A DNA stretch of 64,000 nt from an uncultured Gemmatimonadales bacterium (GTDB lineage Bacteria; Gemmatimonadota; Gemmatimonadetes; Gemmatimonadales; JACORV01), in NCBI GenBank assembly GCA_963729955.1, contig CAVSQA010000028.1, positions 147,190 to 211,189 of the forward strand. The letters are read 5' to 3'. Below the pieces are notes generated by a model. The model made no database searches and was not told the origin of the DNA. It was given only the letters and a program-made list of their open reading frames with translations. The position numbers were made by a program, and so were the translations under genes. Positions 55,392 to 64,000 of the stretch are shown here, piece by piece. Numbering within the stretch: position 1 is the stretch's first letter; each line of letters starts with the position of its first letter.

Positions 55392-56924
55392 ATGAAACGG
55401 AAACTCGTTGTGATGCTTACGTTTGCCATAGTGGCGCCGGCGGCCGCGCAACCCGGCCACGGTCCTTCGACCTCGCCGTCCCGGACCTCGATCGACTCGA
55501 TGGCGCTCAGGGCGCATACCTATTTTCTCGCCAGCGACCTCCTCGAGGGCCGGGGCACGGGCCGACGCGGGAACGAGCTCGCGGCGCTGTACCTGGCGGC
55601 CACGGCCGAGGCGCTCGGCCTGACGGGGGCCGGCGAGGGGGGCGGCTACTTCCAGGAGGTGCCGCTCACCGAGGCGGTGATTGACACGGCCTCGACCAAG
55701 CTCTCGGTGAGGGAGGAGCCCGCGGGCGGTCCTGCGGCTGCCCGCGAGTACTCGACCCCCCGGGACTTCGTCCCGAACGTGGGGACGGGGGCGACCTTGA
55801 TTCCCTTCTCCGGCGACCTGGCGTATGTGGGCACGGCGCACGACGTCGTCGCGAACCCCGGCGCCCTGCCCGCACTGGCCGGAAGCGTCGCGCTGATCCG
55901 CGGACCGTTCGGTGCCGACATGGCGGCGGCGGACACGCTCCGCACGCGCGGGGTCACCGGGGTCGTGCAGCTCACCCCCGACAGCGGCACGTACGCCTTG
56001 TACGTCCGCAGCCGCGGGCCGTCGCGGATGTTCATCGCCGATTCCGTCCACGCCCTCTCGTCGTTCATCCCCCGCATCCCGGACGTGATCGCGAGTCCGG
56101 AGCTGGGGCACGCGCTGGCTCCCGACCTTCCGGTCGCCGGCTCGGCCGAGGACCACCCGCGCCTGCTCCCGGGCCGAAGCATCGCGGTGCGCATCGGGCT
56201 CCGTGCGCACCCCCTGGCGTCGCGCAACGTCGCGGCGTTGCTGCCGGGCGCCGATCCGGCACGGCGCGGCGAGTTCGTGGTCTTCACTGCGCACTTCGAC
56301 CACCTCGGCATCTCGACGCCCGACGCACGCGGCGACTCCATTTACAATGGATTCTCCGACAACGCCGCCGGCTGCGCGATGCTGCTGGCCATCGCGAAGG
56401 CGATGGTCGCAGGGCCGCGGCCGGCGCGATCGGTGCTCTTTCTCTGGCCGACCGGCGAGGAGCGCGGGCTCCTGGGGTCGGACTACTTCGCGGCGCACCC
56501 GCTGGTATCCCCTGATCGGATCGTCGCGGCCATCAATCTCGACGCGGGCGCCCCGCCGGCACCGCCCGTGAAGTGGCAGATCGCCGGGGGGGATCGCTCG
56601 ACCCTCGGGCAACTCGCGATCACCGTGGCGCGCGACGCCGGGTGGGATGCGAAGGTGGCCCCGGCCAGCCCGAACTCGGACTACTTCCCCCTGCTTCGGA
56701 TCGGTGCGCCCGCGGTGTTCCTCATTCCGGAGGCGCCGTACGAGGGCCTGAGCGCCGAGGCCTCGCAGGCGCTGGGACGGCAGTGGGACCATTACCATCA
56801 AGCCGCCGATGAATGGCGGCCCGACTTTCCCTTTTCGGGTCTGGTGCGATACGCCGACTTCGGTTACCGGCTCGGCATGGCCGCGGCTGCGGCGCCGCGC
56901 TCGTCCATCGTGCGGACGCCGTGA
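55392..56924 (+). CDS. secreted M28 family aminopeptidase
   Basis: 510 aa. Signal peptide MKRKLVVMLTFAIVAPAAAQ, then FTAHFDHLG, GFSDNAAGCAMLLAIAK, EERGLLGSDYF. Confidence 0.85.
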   Translation: MKRKLVVMLTFAIVAPAAAQPGHGPSTSPSRTSIDSMALRAHTYFLASDLLEGRGTGRRGNELAALYLAATAEALGLTGAGEGGGYFQEVPLTEAVIDTASTKLSVREEPAGGPAAAREYSTPRDFVPNVGTGATLIPFSGDLAYVGTAHDVVANPGALPALAGSVALIRGPFGADMAAADTLRTRGVTGVVQLTPDSGTYALYVRSRGPSRMFIADSVHALSSFIPRIPDVIASPELGHALAPDLPVAGSAEDHPRLLPGRSIAVRIGLRAHPLASRNVAALLPGADPARRGEFVVFTAHFDHLGISTPDARGDSIYNGFSDNAAGCAMLLAIAKAMVAGPRPARSVLFLWPTGEERGLLGSDYFAAHPLVSPDRIVAAINLDAGAPPAPPVKWQIAGGDRSTLGQLAITVARDAGWDAKVAPASPNSDYFPLLRIGAPAVFLIPEAPYEGLSAEASQALGRQWDHYHQAADEWRPDFPFSGLVRYADFGYRLGMAAAAAPRSSIVRTP

Positions 56925-56961
56925 TCGATCCACGTCTCGGCAGGGCGGCGGCGCCGCCGCT

Positions 56962-57759
56962 TTACTTGAGCGAGCCCGGGGGGACGGCGTACAGCAGCAA
57001 GGCCGTGCTCCGGTCGCGTGGGGTCAGGTCGGTCGCGGACGTTTCGGGGTAGAGCGCGTCGCTCCTCACGGGCGAGTGACCGAGCCCGATGGCGTGCCCC
57101 AGCTCGTGCAGTGCGAGCGCGACCATCTGCGTGCTCAGCACGCGGCGTCCGTCGGGCAAATGGGTGGCGAGAATGACATGCACCTTCACGATAGGGCCCC
57201 GGCGCTGCCACGTCAGATCCGTCCGGCCGGTCCGGTTGCTGTCCAGATGGTCGGCCCACGAGACCACGATGTCCGCCCCGGCTGAATCCGGGCTCTGCTC
57301 GAGCCACACCGGCAGACCGACGCCGTTCCAGCGGCCGATCGCCCAAGCCACGTTGGCGAGGAAGCTCTCCCGAAAACCGGGCACGGTGTCATCGCGCAGC
57401 ACGGCCACGCGCAGCGGTCTGTTCCGGCGGTCGTCGGCCCAGCGGTGCAGCACCGAGTCGTTCTCCGCCAGCATCGCCGGCAGGTACGTGGCTTCCCCCT
57501 CGCGACCGATGCGGCTCAGCGCGACCGTGCGCAAAGCGGAATCCAGCCGGTCGATGGCGGTCGTGGCACTGGCGCGGGGCGGCGCGGCGGGTCCGGAACG
57601 GGCCGCCACGGTCCCACCCCGGCTCGGCTGCGCCGCGGCGGCCGCCGGCACCGGCGGCGTGCCGACGACGGTGCGCCGCACGACGTCCGCCGCGACGGCC
57701 GCCAGCAACAGCAGGGTCAGCGCGGGGATCAGGACGCTGCGCGAGCCGCGTGCTCCCAT
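56962..57759 (-). CDS. secreted metzincin (matrixin/M10-like) zinc metalloprotease
   Basis: ATG at 57759 (MGARGSRSVLIPALTLLLLAAVAA...), 265 aa. HELGHAIGLGHS matches HExxHxxGxxH. The remainder of track ORF 56962..59496 is antisense read-through over the MMPL gene. Confidence 0.8.
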   Translation of the reverse strand: MGARGSRSVLIPALTLLLLAAVAADVVRRTVVGTPPVPAAAAAQPSRGGTVAARSGPAAPPRASATTAIDRLDSALRTVALSRIGREGEATYLPAMLAENDSVLHRWADDRRNRPLRVAVLRDDTVPGFRESFLANVAWAIGRWNGVGLPVWLEQSPDSAGADIVVSWADHLDSNRTGRTDLTWQRRGPIVKVHVILATHLPDGRRVLSTQMVALALHELGHAIGLGHSPVRSDALYPETSATDLTPRDRSTALLLYAVPPGSLK

Positions 57760-57894
57760 GCACGCAATCTGCGAGCCCGGGTACTCCGGGGCAAACATCG
57801 CATTTGCGAATCGCCGCCCGAACGCGCAATATGCGCGCCTCTGCGCGCGGCGAGCCGCCTCCGCACCCGATGCCGAGGTGACAGGGATTCCTTC

Positions 57895-60192
57895 GTGATA
57901 CAACTGCCCGCCAAGACCATCGTGCGGTGGCGCTGGCCCATCGTGGCGGCATGGGTCGTCCTCACGGCCGTGATGGCGCCGCTGGGTGGCCGGCTCCACG
58001 AGCGGCTGCACGTGGGCGGCGAGAACCTGCAGCACTCCGAGTCCACCAACGCCGAGAACCTGATCCGCAGCGCTTTCGACTCGCCGTACGCGGCGTTCGC
58101 GGCCGTAGCGATCCGGCACCCCTCCCTCACTCTCCGCTCGCGCCGCTATGCGGCCTACGTGGATTCCATCACCGCCGCGCTGCGACGCCTCCCCTTCGTT
58201 CTCCAGACGCTGAACTGGCGCAACGCGGAGGACGAGGCGTTCCGCAGCCGCGACGGTCGGATCACGTTCGTGCTGATCGGTCTCTCGGCCGACAGCTCCG
58301 CGACCAGCGACACGCCGCGGCTGCGCGAGGCGGTGAGCGACGTCCAGCGGCGGTTCGGGAGCGACTTCCGCACCTACGTGACCGGGGACCCGGCGTTCGA
58401 TTACGACATCCGGACGATCGCGGCCGACGACTCGCGGCGGATGGAGCAGCGCCTGATTCCCCTGACAGTGCTCCTCCTGCTCGTGGCGTTCAGCGCACTG
58501 GTGGCGGCGCTGGCCCCCATCGCCGTCGGATTCATCGCCATCACCATCAGCCTCGGCCTGGTCGCGGTCGCCGCCACCCTCGTGCCGATGTCCATCTTCG
58601 TGCTGAACCTGACGACCATGATCGGCCTCGGGGTCGGCATCGACTATTCGCTGCTGGTGCTCACGCGATTCCGCGAGGAGATGGACTACGCGCCCAACCG
58701 GTTCGAGGCCGCGGCGGAGACGATCCGCACCGCCTCGCGTACCGTCATTACCTCCGGCGGCACGGTGATGATCGGCTTCGTCGCCCTGATGATCGTGCCG
58801 CTCCAGGAGACGCGCTCCATCGGGCTGGCCGGCCTGTTCGTGGTGGCCACGTCGATCGCGCTGTCGGTCACCTTCCTGCCGGCCATGCTCGCGATCCTGG
58901 GCCACCAGGTCGATCGGCCGCTGTGGCTGACGCGGCGGCTGCGACGGTTGCGGTTCGGCCGCGGCTGGAACCGCTATGCGCGCGCCATCGCCCGGCACCC
59001 CTGGCGGGCCGTCTCGATCTCGGGCGCGCTCATCCTGACCTTGGCCTTGCCCGCGCTGTGGCTGCGGATCGGCCTCCCCGTGGTGAACTGGTTCCCCACC
59101 GATACCGACTCGGGCCGTGGCCTCGCCGTTCTCCAGGACATGGGGCATGGCGGCGCCCTGCGCCCGCTCAAGGTCGTCGTGGAGATGGTCGACGGCAGCC
59201 AGGTGCTCGACGTGGATCGTCTCCGCGGCCTGCGCGCCCTCGCGGATTCGATTCGCGCCAATCCGCGGGTCGCCCAGGTGCGTGGCATGGTGGATCTCCG
59301 TCCCGGCATTCCGCTGTGGCAGTACGTCGAGCTGTACGGCGACACCGCTGGCGCGCGGCGGCGGATGCCGGACGTGTTCCGGACCTTCGTGAGCCACGAC
59401 GGCCGGGCCACCTTGCTCGACGTGGTGCTCCGCGACACGGTCTCGCTCGACGGCTCGCTCGCGGCGGTCCGGGCGGTGCGGGCCATCGACCTGCACCGGC
59501 TACCGATGCTGTCGCACGCGCGGATGCTGGTCGGCGGATTCTCCGCCTCGAACCTCGATTTCCGGAACAAAGTGCTGGGGCTGTTTCCCTTGCTCGTCGT
59601 GCTGGTGCTCAGCGTCACCGGGGTGATGTTGGCGGCAGTCTTCCGTTCGGTCCTGGTGCCGATCAAGGCCGTGGTGATGAACGCGTTGTCGGTCTCGGCG
59701 GCCTTCGGCCTGACCGTGGTCGTGTTCCAGTGGGGGATCGGGGGATCGCTGTTCGGGCTCGCCGGGCCCACTCAGGCCATCTTCGTCATCAGCCCGGTGC
59801 TGGTGTTCGCGATCGTGTTCGGCCTGTCGATGGACTACGAGGTGTTCCTGCTGTCGCGCATCAAGGAGGAGTTCGACGAGACGCGCGACAATGACGAGGC
59901 GACGGTCAACGGCCTCACCGCGACGGGTGCCACCATCACCAACGCCGCGTTGATCATGATCCTGGTGTTCGGCGCCTTCGCCTTCGCGCGCGTGATGGCC
60001 GTGCAGATGATCAGCTTCGGCCTGGCGGTCGCCGTCCTGCTCGACGCGACCCTGATCCGGGTGGCGATGGTGCCGGGCGTCATGCACCTTGCGGGACGCC
60101 TCAACTGGTGGCCCGGCTACCGGCGCGCCCGCGGCGGCGGCGCCCCCCGCGGCGGCGGCGAGGCCGACGTCTCGCCTAGCCTCGGCCCTTGA
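57895..60192 (+). CDS. MMPL / RND-superfamily membrane transporter
   Basis: GTG at 57895, 765 aa. There are two 6-TM bundles, each preceded by a large loop: GIDYSLLVLTRFREE and GLSMDYEVFLLSRIKEE. Confidence 0.9.
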   Translation: MIQLPAKTIVRWRWPIVAAWVVLTAVMAPLGGRLHERLHVGGENLQHSESTNAENLIRSAFDSPYAAFAAVAIRHPSLTLRSRRYAAYVDSITAALRRLPFVLQTLNWRNAEDEAFRSRDGRITFVLIGLSADSSATSDTPRLREAVSDVQRRFGSDFRTYVTGDPAFDYDIRTIAADDSRRMEQRLIPLTVLLLLVAFSALVAALAPIAVGFIAITISLGLVAVAATLVPMSIFVLNLTTMIGLGVGIDYSLLVLTRFREEMDYAPNRFEAAAETIRTASRTVITSGGTVMIGFVALMIVPLQETRSIGLAGLFVVATSIALSVTFLPAMLAILGHQVDRPLWLTRRLRRLRFGRGWNRYARAIARHPWRAVSISGALILTLALPALWLRIGLPVVNWFPTDTDSGRGLAVLQDMGHGGALRPLKVVVEMVDGSQVLDVDRLRGLRALADSIRANPRVAQVRGMVDLRPGIPLWQYVELYGDTAGARRRMPDVFRTFVSHDGRATLLDVVLRDTVSLDGSLAAVRAVRAIDLHRLPMLSHARMLVGGFSASNLDFRNKVLGLFPLLVVLVLSVTGVMLAAVFRSVLVPIKAVVMNALSVSAAFGLTVVVFQWGIGGSLFGLAGPTQAIFVISPVLVFAIVFGLSMDYEVFLLSRIKEEFDETRDNDEATVNGLTATGATITNAALIMILVFGAFAFARVMAVQMISFGLAVAVLLDATLIRVAMVPGVMHLAGRLNWWPGYRRARGGGAPRGGGEADVSPSLGP

Positions 60193-62092
60193 CGTAGCGG
60201 TCGAGGAACTCGACCGCGCGGCGCATGCTGTCGAGCTGGTCCTCCAGCTTGCGGAAGCCGTGCCCTTCGCCCGGATACACGACCAGATCCACCACGCCGC
60301 GCCGGCGGCGGATGGCGTCGGCGATCTGGCGGCTTTCCGCCAGCGGCACCCGCGGGTCGTTGTCTCCCTGGAGAATCAGCAGCGGGGCACGGATGGCCTC
60401 GACCCGCAGCAGCGGTGAGCGCTCTCGCATCAGCGCCAGGCTGCTCGGCAGGCTGCCCATTTCCCTGGTGAGATAGGGCAGCAGCAGCGGATCGGTGGTG
60501 CGCGCCAACGTCTCGATCGAGCTGATGCCGTACAGGTCCACGCCAGCCGCCCAGCGCTGGGGCGTGAACGCGAGCGCCGAGAGCGTCAGATAGCCGCCGT
60601 AGCTCCCACCGAGCACCGCGATCTTGCTGCGCGCGACGTACCCCGTGGACACCAGATAGTCGGCCGCGGCCGCCAGGTCCTGCAGGTCGCCGCCGCCCCA
60701 GTCGCGATTGTTGAGATCCTCGAAGGCTCTGCCATAGCCGGTCGAGCCGCGCACGTTGGGACGGATGACGACGTATCCGTGGTTCGCGTAGTAGGCGACG
60801 TCCCGCGAGAAGCCGTCCTCCCACTGCCCCGACGGCCCACCGTGCGCCATCACGATCGCCGGGTTGGAGCCGTCCCGCCGCAGGTTGCAGGGCACGCTGA
60901 CGAAAGCGGAAATCTTCCGGCCATCGAACGTCGGGTAGTGCACCAGAGCGGACGGCACGAGATCCGCCGAGTCGATGCCGCCGACCAGGGCGTAGGTCAC
61001 CTGCCAGGAGGTGTCCCGCTGCAGGGCGTGAACCCACAGGTCGCTCGGCCGGCGCGCGTCGGCGTGGGAGAGCAACACCAGCGATCCGCCGTCGGAGAAC
61101 GACTCGAACATCGTGACGCCGATCCTGGGGCCGATCTGCCGGCGGCCGGAGCCGCTGCGCCGCATCACGTAGGTGCCGACCCGGCCGTCCGCGTCCTCCG
61201 AGTACCCGATGGCGCCGCGCACCGACCACCCAGCGGCCACGATCGGCCAGCGCCCGGTATCGAGCCAGTGCAGGGAATCGGTGCTCAAGGTGACGACCGC
61301 CAGGCGCGCGACCCCGTCCCGCGCGTCGGAGATGAGCAGCAGCTCGTGGTCGTCGGGCGAGAAGGCGACCGGCGTGTACGCCTTCGATCCGCTGTGGGGC
61401 GTCAGCAGCCGCGTCTGGCCGGTCGACACGTCGAGCAGCACGGCATCGACGTTGGCGAAGTCATTGCTCCGGGCCAACGCGACGAACCGGCTGTCGTGCG
61501 ACCACGTGGCGCCCAGCGTGCTGATGGAATCGGAGGTGACGCGCCGGGCCCGGCCCGAGGCGAGGTCGCGAATCCACAGGTCGAAGTGGCCCGGGCGCCC
61601 CGAGTCGGAGGTGTAGGCGAGGAAGCGCTGGTCGTACGAGAAACCCATCAGTCGTTCGCGGGCCTCCGAGGCCGCGCCCAGCCTCGCCGCCTCGCCACCG
61701 TTGCTCGATACGCTGAAGAGATGGTAGCGCTCGTTGCCACTCGAGTCGCGCTCGAAGGCGAGCGTCGCGCCATCCCGGCCCCAGGCGGCGCCCATCACCG
61801 GCGCGTCGCCGAACGTCAGCTGCACCGGCCATCCGCCCCTGACCGGCACCTTCCAGATCTGGCTCCGACCGGTGGCGTCGGACCGAAACGCCACCCACCG
61901 GCCGTCGGGCGAGAAGCCGATGGCGGAATGCCGCCGGACGTGAGCGAACTGATCCACCGTGTAGAGAGCGACGCCGGGCCGCGACGTGCTCACCACCGAG
62001 TCGTCGCCGGCCCGCTCGGCGACGCGCGTCCGGTCCCGCCCCGTGCAGGCCATCAGCGCGACGAACGCCCACAGGTAGCGATGGTAACTCAT
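60176..62092 (-). CDS. S9 family serine peptidase (beta-propeller + prolyl oligopeptidase-type catalytic domain)
   Basis: Intact 638 aa. It has repeated SPDG-type propeller blades, the nucleophile GGSYGG, and a C-terminal DNDPRVP...GEGHGF. It converges on the MMPL gene with a 17-nt overlap. Confidence 0.9.
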   Translation of the reverse strand: MSYHRYLWAFVALMACTGRDRTRVAERAGDDSVVSTSRPGVALYTVDQFAHVRRHSAIGFSPDGRWVAFRSDATGRSQIWKVPVRGGWPVQLTFGDAPVMGAAWGRDGATLAFERDSSGNERYHLFSVSSNGGEAARLGAASEARERLMGFSYDQRFLAYTSDSGRPGHFDLWIRDLASGRARRVTSDSISTLGATWSHDSRFVALARSNDFANVDAVLLDVSTGQTRLLTPHSGSKAYTPVAFSPDDHELLLISDARDGVARLAVVTLSTDSLHWLDTGRWPIVAAGWSVRGAIGYSEDADGRVGTYVMRRSGSGRRQIGPRIGVTMFESFSDGGSLVLLSHADARRPSDLWVHALQRDTSWQVTYALVGGIDSADLVPSALVHYPTFDGRKISAFVSVPCNLRRDGSNPAIVMAHGGPSGQWEDGFSRDVAYYANHGYVVIRPNVRGSTGYGRAFEDLNNRDWGGGDLQDLAAAADYLVSTGYVARSKIAVLGGSYGGYLTLSALAFTPQRWAAGVDLYGISSIETLARTTDPLLLPYLTREMGSLPSSLALMRERSPLLRVEAIRAPLLILQGDNDPRVPLAESRQIADAIRRRRGVVDLVVYPGEGHGFRKLEDQLDSMRRAVEFLDRYVKGRG

Positions 62093-62158
62093 CGGTGTTC
62101 TCCCTGCCGCGGGGAGGGCGCGGCACCCCTGTTCGCCGCGAACGCCGGAGCCGCCGCC

Positions 62159-62422
62159 TCAACGCGGCGGCAGCAGATCGCCCCAGAGATCCCAGTGCCA
62201 CGCCGCCACGCGCACTCCGGTCCGCGGATCGCGTAGCGGCTTGTACTGCAACCACCGGGCGTCGAGGCCGACGGAACGGCCCCAGGCCGCCAGTCGTTCC
62301 CGGTCGCTGCTGACCAAGTGCGCCATGGGCCGATCATCGAGTGTGAAGCGGTGAAGCCAGAGCCCGCCGTCGAGGGCGTGGACGAGACCGTCCCGTCGGC
62401 GGGCGAATTCCTGCCAGCTCAC
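62159..62422 (-). CDS. DUF4031-like small protein
   Basis: 87 aa. ...MAHLVSSDRERLAAWGRSVGLDARWLQ...HWDLWG resembles DUF4031 as I recall it. The start abuts the pilin gene stop with no gap. Confidence 0.55.
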   Translation of the reverse strand: MSWQEFARRRDGLVHALDGGLWLHRFTLDDRPMAHLVSSDRERLAAWGRSVGLDARWLQYKPLRDPRTGVRVAAWHWDLWGDLLPPR

Positions 62423-62803
62423 CTAATCGCAGGCGACCCGGCCCTCTTGCGTGGCCACGCCCACCGGGGACGCGTTGCCGACGAAGAGGTAGCACTGTCG
62501 TGGGGAGTTGATGGTGGTGGCCGTACCGGACCACCCGCCCACGGACGCCGCGTTGATGACGACCGCGACTCCGGTGGTCGGGTTGAAGACCGGCAGCTGC
62601 GCCACGCTGGGAGCGTACGAGGCGTAGTCGTAGTAGTACGACTCCTCCGCCGTGGCGAGGTTGCGCAGGTCGGACTTCATCGCCGTGACGAACGCCTTCT
62701 CCCTGGAGTTGGCGAACCGGGGAATCAGCACCGATACCAGGATTCCGATGATCACGATCACCATCAGCAGTTCGATCAGCGTGAAGCCGCGAAGCCGCCC
62801 CAC
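62423..62803 (-). CDS. type IV pilin-like protein (prepilin N-terminal cleavage/methylation domain)
   Basis: 126 aa, GTG start behind GGGAGG. The class III signal is RGFTLIELLMVIVIIGILVSVLIP, and there are C-terminal Cys residues. Confidence 0.8.
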   Translation of the reverse strand: MGRLRGFTLIELLMVIVIIGILVSVLIPRFANSREKAFVTAMKSDLRNLATAEESYYYDYASYAPSVAQLPVFNPTTGVAVVINAASVGGWSGTATTINSPRQCYLFVGNASPVGVATQEGRVACD

Positions 62804-62884
62804 TCCCGCAACCTCCCGGTCACCGAAGCCGCGCCGGCGACCACGTCGCTAACCTAACTGCGTGGGTCGAGCCACGGCAAGAAT

Positions 62885-64000
62885 TCAGCCGGCCTTGGCG
62901 TCCAGCCAGTTGTCGCCGATTCCCACGGTCGCGACCAGCGGCACGCGCAGCGTCGCGGCACCTTCCATGCTTTCCCTGACGAGGGCGGCGACCGGCTCCG
63001 TTTCGCGGTCGGGAGCCTCCACGACCAGCTCGTCGTGCACCTGCAGCAGCAGCTTCGCCTGGAAGGTCGCGCGGAGCGCATCGCTGACGCGGATCATCGC
63101 GACCTTGATGAGATCCGCCGCCGAGCCCTGCAGGGGAGAGTTGGTGGCCGTGCGCTCGCCGAACGCGCGGACGGAGAAGTTCTTGTCCCGCAGCTCGGGG
63201 ATGTATCGCCGGCGCCCGAGGATGGTCTCCACGAAGCCGCGCTCCTTGGCCTCGGCGACCGTGCGATCGAGGAAGCTCCGCACGCCGGCGAACCGCGCGA
63301 AGTAGTCGTCGATGAAGCGCCGGGCATCCTCGTAGCCGATGCCGAGCTGACGCGCGAGGGCGTGCGGGCCCTGCCCGTAGATGGTGGCGAAGTTGATCGT
63401 CTTGGCGCGGGCGCGCATCTCCGGCGTCACCGCGCCCGGTTCCACGCCGAAGATCAGGGCCGCGGTCTGACGGTGGATGTCGCCGCCGGCGCGGAAGGCG
63501 TCCACGAACGCCGGGTCGCCCGACAGGTGCGCCAGCAGCCGCAGTTCGATCTGCGAGTAGTCGGCGACGATGAAACGCATGCCCGCTCGCGGCACGAAGC
63601 CGCGGCGGATCGCCTCGCCTCGAGGCGAGCGCACCGGGATGTTCTGGAGGTTGGGGTCGTTCGAGCTCAGCCGGCCGGTGGCCGCCCCGATCTGGTTGAA
63701 GGAGGTGTGAATCCGACCGGTGGCGGGATTCACCTCGTTGGGCAGCACCTCGAGATAGGTCGTCAGCAGCTTGGATATCTCGCGGTACTCCAGCAGCAGC
63801 CGAGGGACCGCGTGGCCCATCCCGGCCAGCTCCTCGAGCACTTCGGCGTCGGTCGAGGCCCCGGTCTTTCCCTTCTTGAGCACCGGCAGCTGCAGCTTCT
63901 CGAACAGCACGTGGCGGAGCTGCGGCGTGGAGTTGAGGTTGAAGTCCACGCCCGCCTGCTCGTGGATCGCGTGCTCGAGCTGCGCCAGCTCGCGCCGCAT
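62885..64000 (-). CDS. polA: DNA polymerase I, C-terminal polymerase domain (5' part lies outside the window)
   Basis: 371 aa in view. ...GRIHTSFNQIGAATGRLSSNDPNLQNIP..., IVADYSQIELRLLAHLS, RRRAKTINFATIYG-like (RARAKTINFATIYGQ), LLLQVHDELVVEAP. Confidence 0.95.
   Translation of the reverse strand: MRRELAQLEHAIHEQAGVDFNLNSTPQLRHVLFEKLQLPVLKKGKTGASTDAEVLEELAGMGHAVPRLLLEYREISKLLTTYLEVLPNEVNPATGRIHTSFNQIGAATGRLSSNDPNLQNIPVRSPRGEAIRRGFVPRAGMRFIVADYSQIELRLLAHLSGDPAFVDAFRAGGDIHRQTAALIFGVEPGAVTPEMRARAKTINFATIYGQGPHALARQLGIGYEDARRFIDDYFARFAGVRSFLDRTVAEAKERGFVETILGRRRYIPELRDKNFSVRAFGERTATNSPLQGSAADLIKVAMIRVSDALRATFQAKLLLQVHDELVVEAPDRETEPVAALVRESMEGAATLRVPLVATVGIGDNWLDAKAG

Noticed and set aside
56946-56959. 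CGGCGGCGCCGCCG between the convergent M28 and metzincin genes as a bidirectional terminator.
   Set aside because: It has no loop and no flanking T/A tracts of any length, so support is weak.
57823-57837. The palindrome CGCGCA-ata-TGCGCG in the metzincin/MMPL divergent region, and GCAAAC...ATTTGC nearby.
   Set aside because: Short GC-rich palindromes are expected by chance in this composition. No regulator gene is adjacent.

Overview
Very GC-rich bacterial chromosomal window, densely packed, with many start/stop overlaps (ATGA, GTGA, TGATG). I support about 60 protein-coding genes, one TPP riboswitch, two parS-like sites, one palindromic operator candidate and two intrinsic terminators. I found no rRNA, tRNA, CRISPR array, transposase or integrase. 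Gene content suggests a Gemmatimonadota-like or similar high-GC Gram-negative lineage; this is inference only. Main blocks, left to right: fused membrane/spermidine-synthase-like gene; fused 2-oxoacid dehydrogenase E1; amidohydrolase; peptidases; proline dehydrogenase; fadJ-fadI; glpD; MFS; LOG; queG; a YtrA/GntR-ABC operon with two paralogous tail-anchored proteins; metallophosphoesterase; Nif3; bactofilin-M23-parB-parA-parS; natAB-like exporter; DJ-1; sufR-B-C-D-S-U; a degenerate M1-like protein; LysE; a CUT2-type sugar ABC operon with an embedded secreted GH38 alpha-mannosidase; TPP riboswitch-thiC; fdxA; thioesterase/hydrolase; rnd; DUF59; DCC; an orphan AmmeMemoRadiSam radical SAM gene; M28, metzincin and S9 peptidases; MMPL; pilin; polA 3' part. 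Most notable observations: (1) parS-parA-parB, an LmdC-like M23 peptidase and a bactofilin form one translationally coupled unit. (2) The largest intergenic region (51866..52278) contains a ~44% GC island with mutually exclusive hairpins and a Cys-rich mini-ORF directly in front of rnd. (3) At least 17 reading-frame breaks occur in otherwise well-conserved genes, and every one is a +1 displacement. These are most likely consensus insertion errors, but they need checking. (4) An M1-aminopeptidase-like protein has both zinc histidines replaced (HEXXH -> REVAR). All product calls come from motif recognition by eye on the supplied translations; no database search was run.
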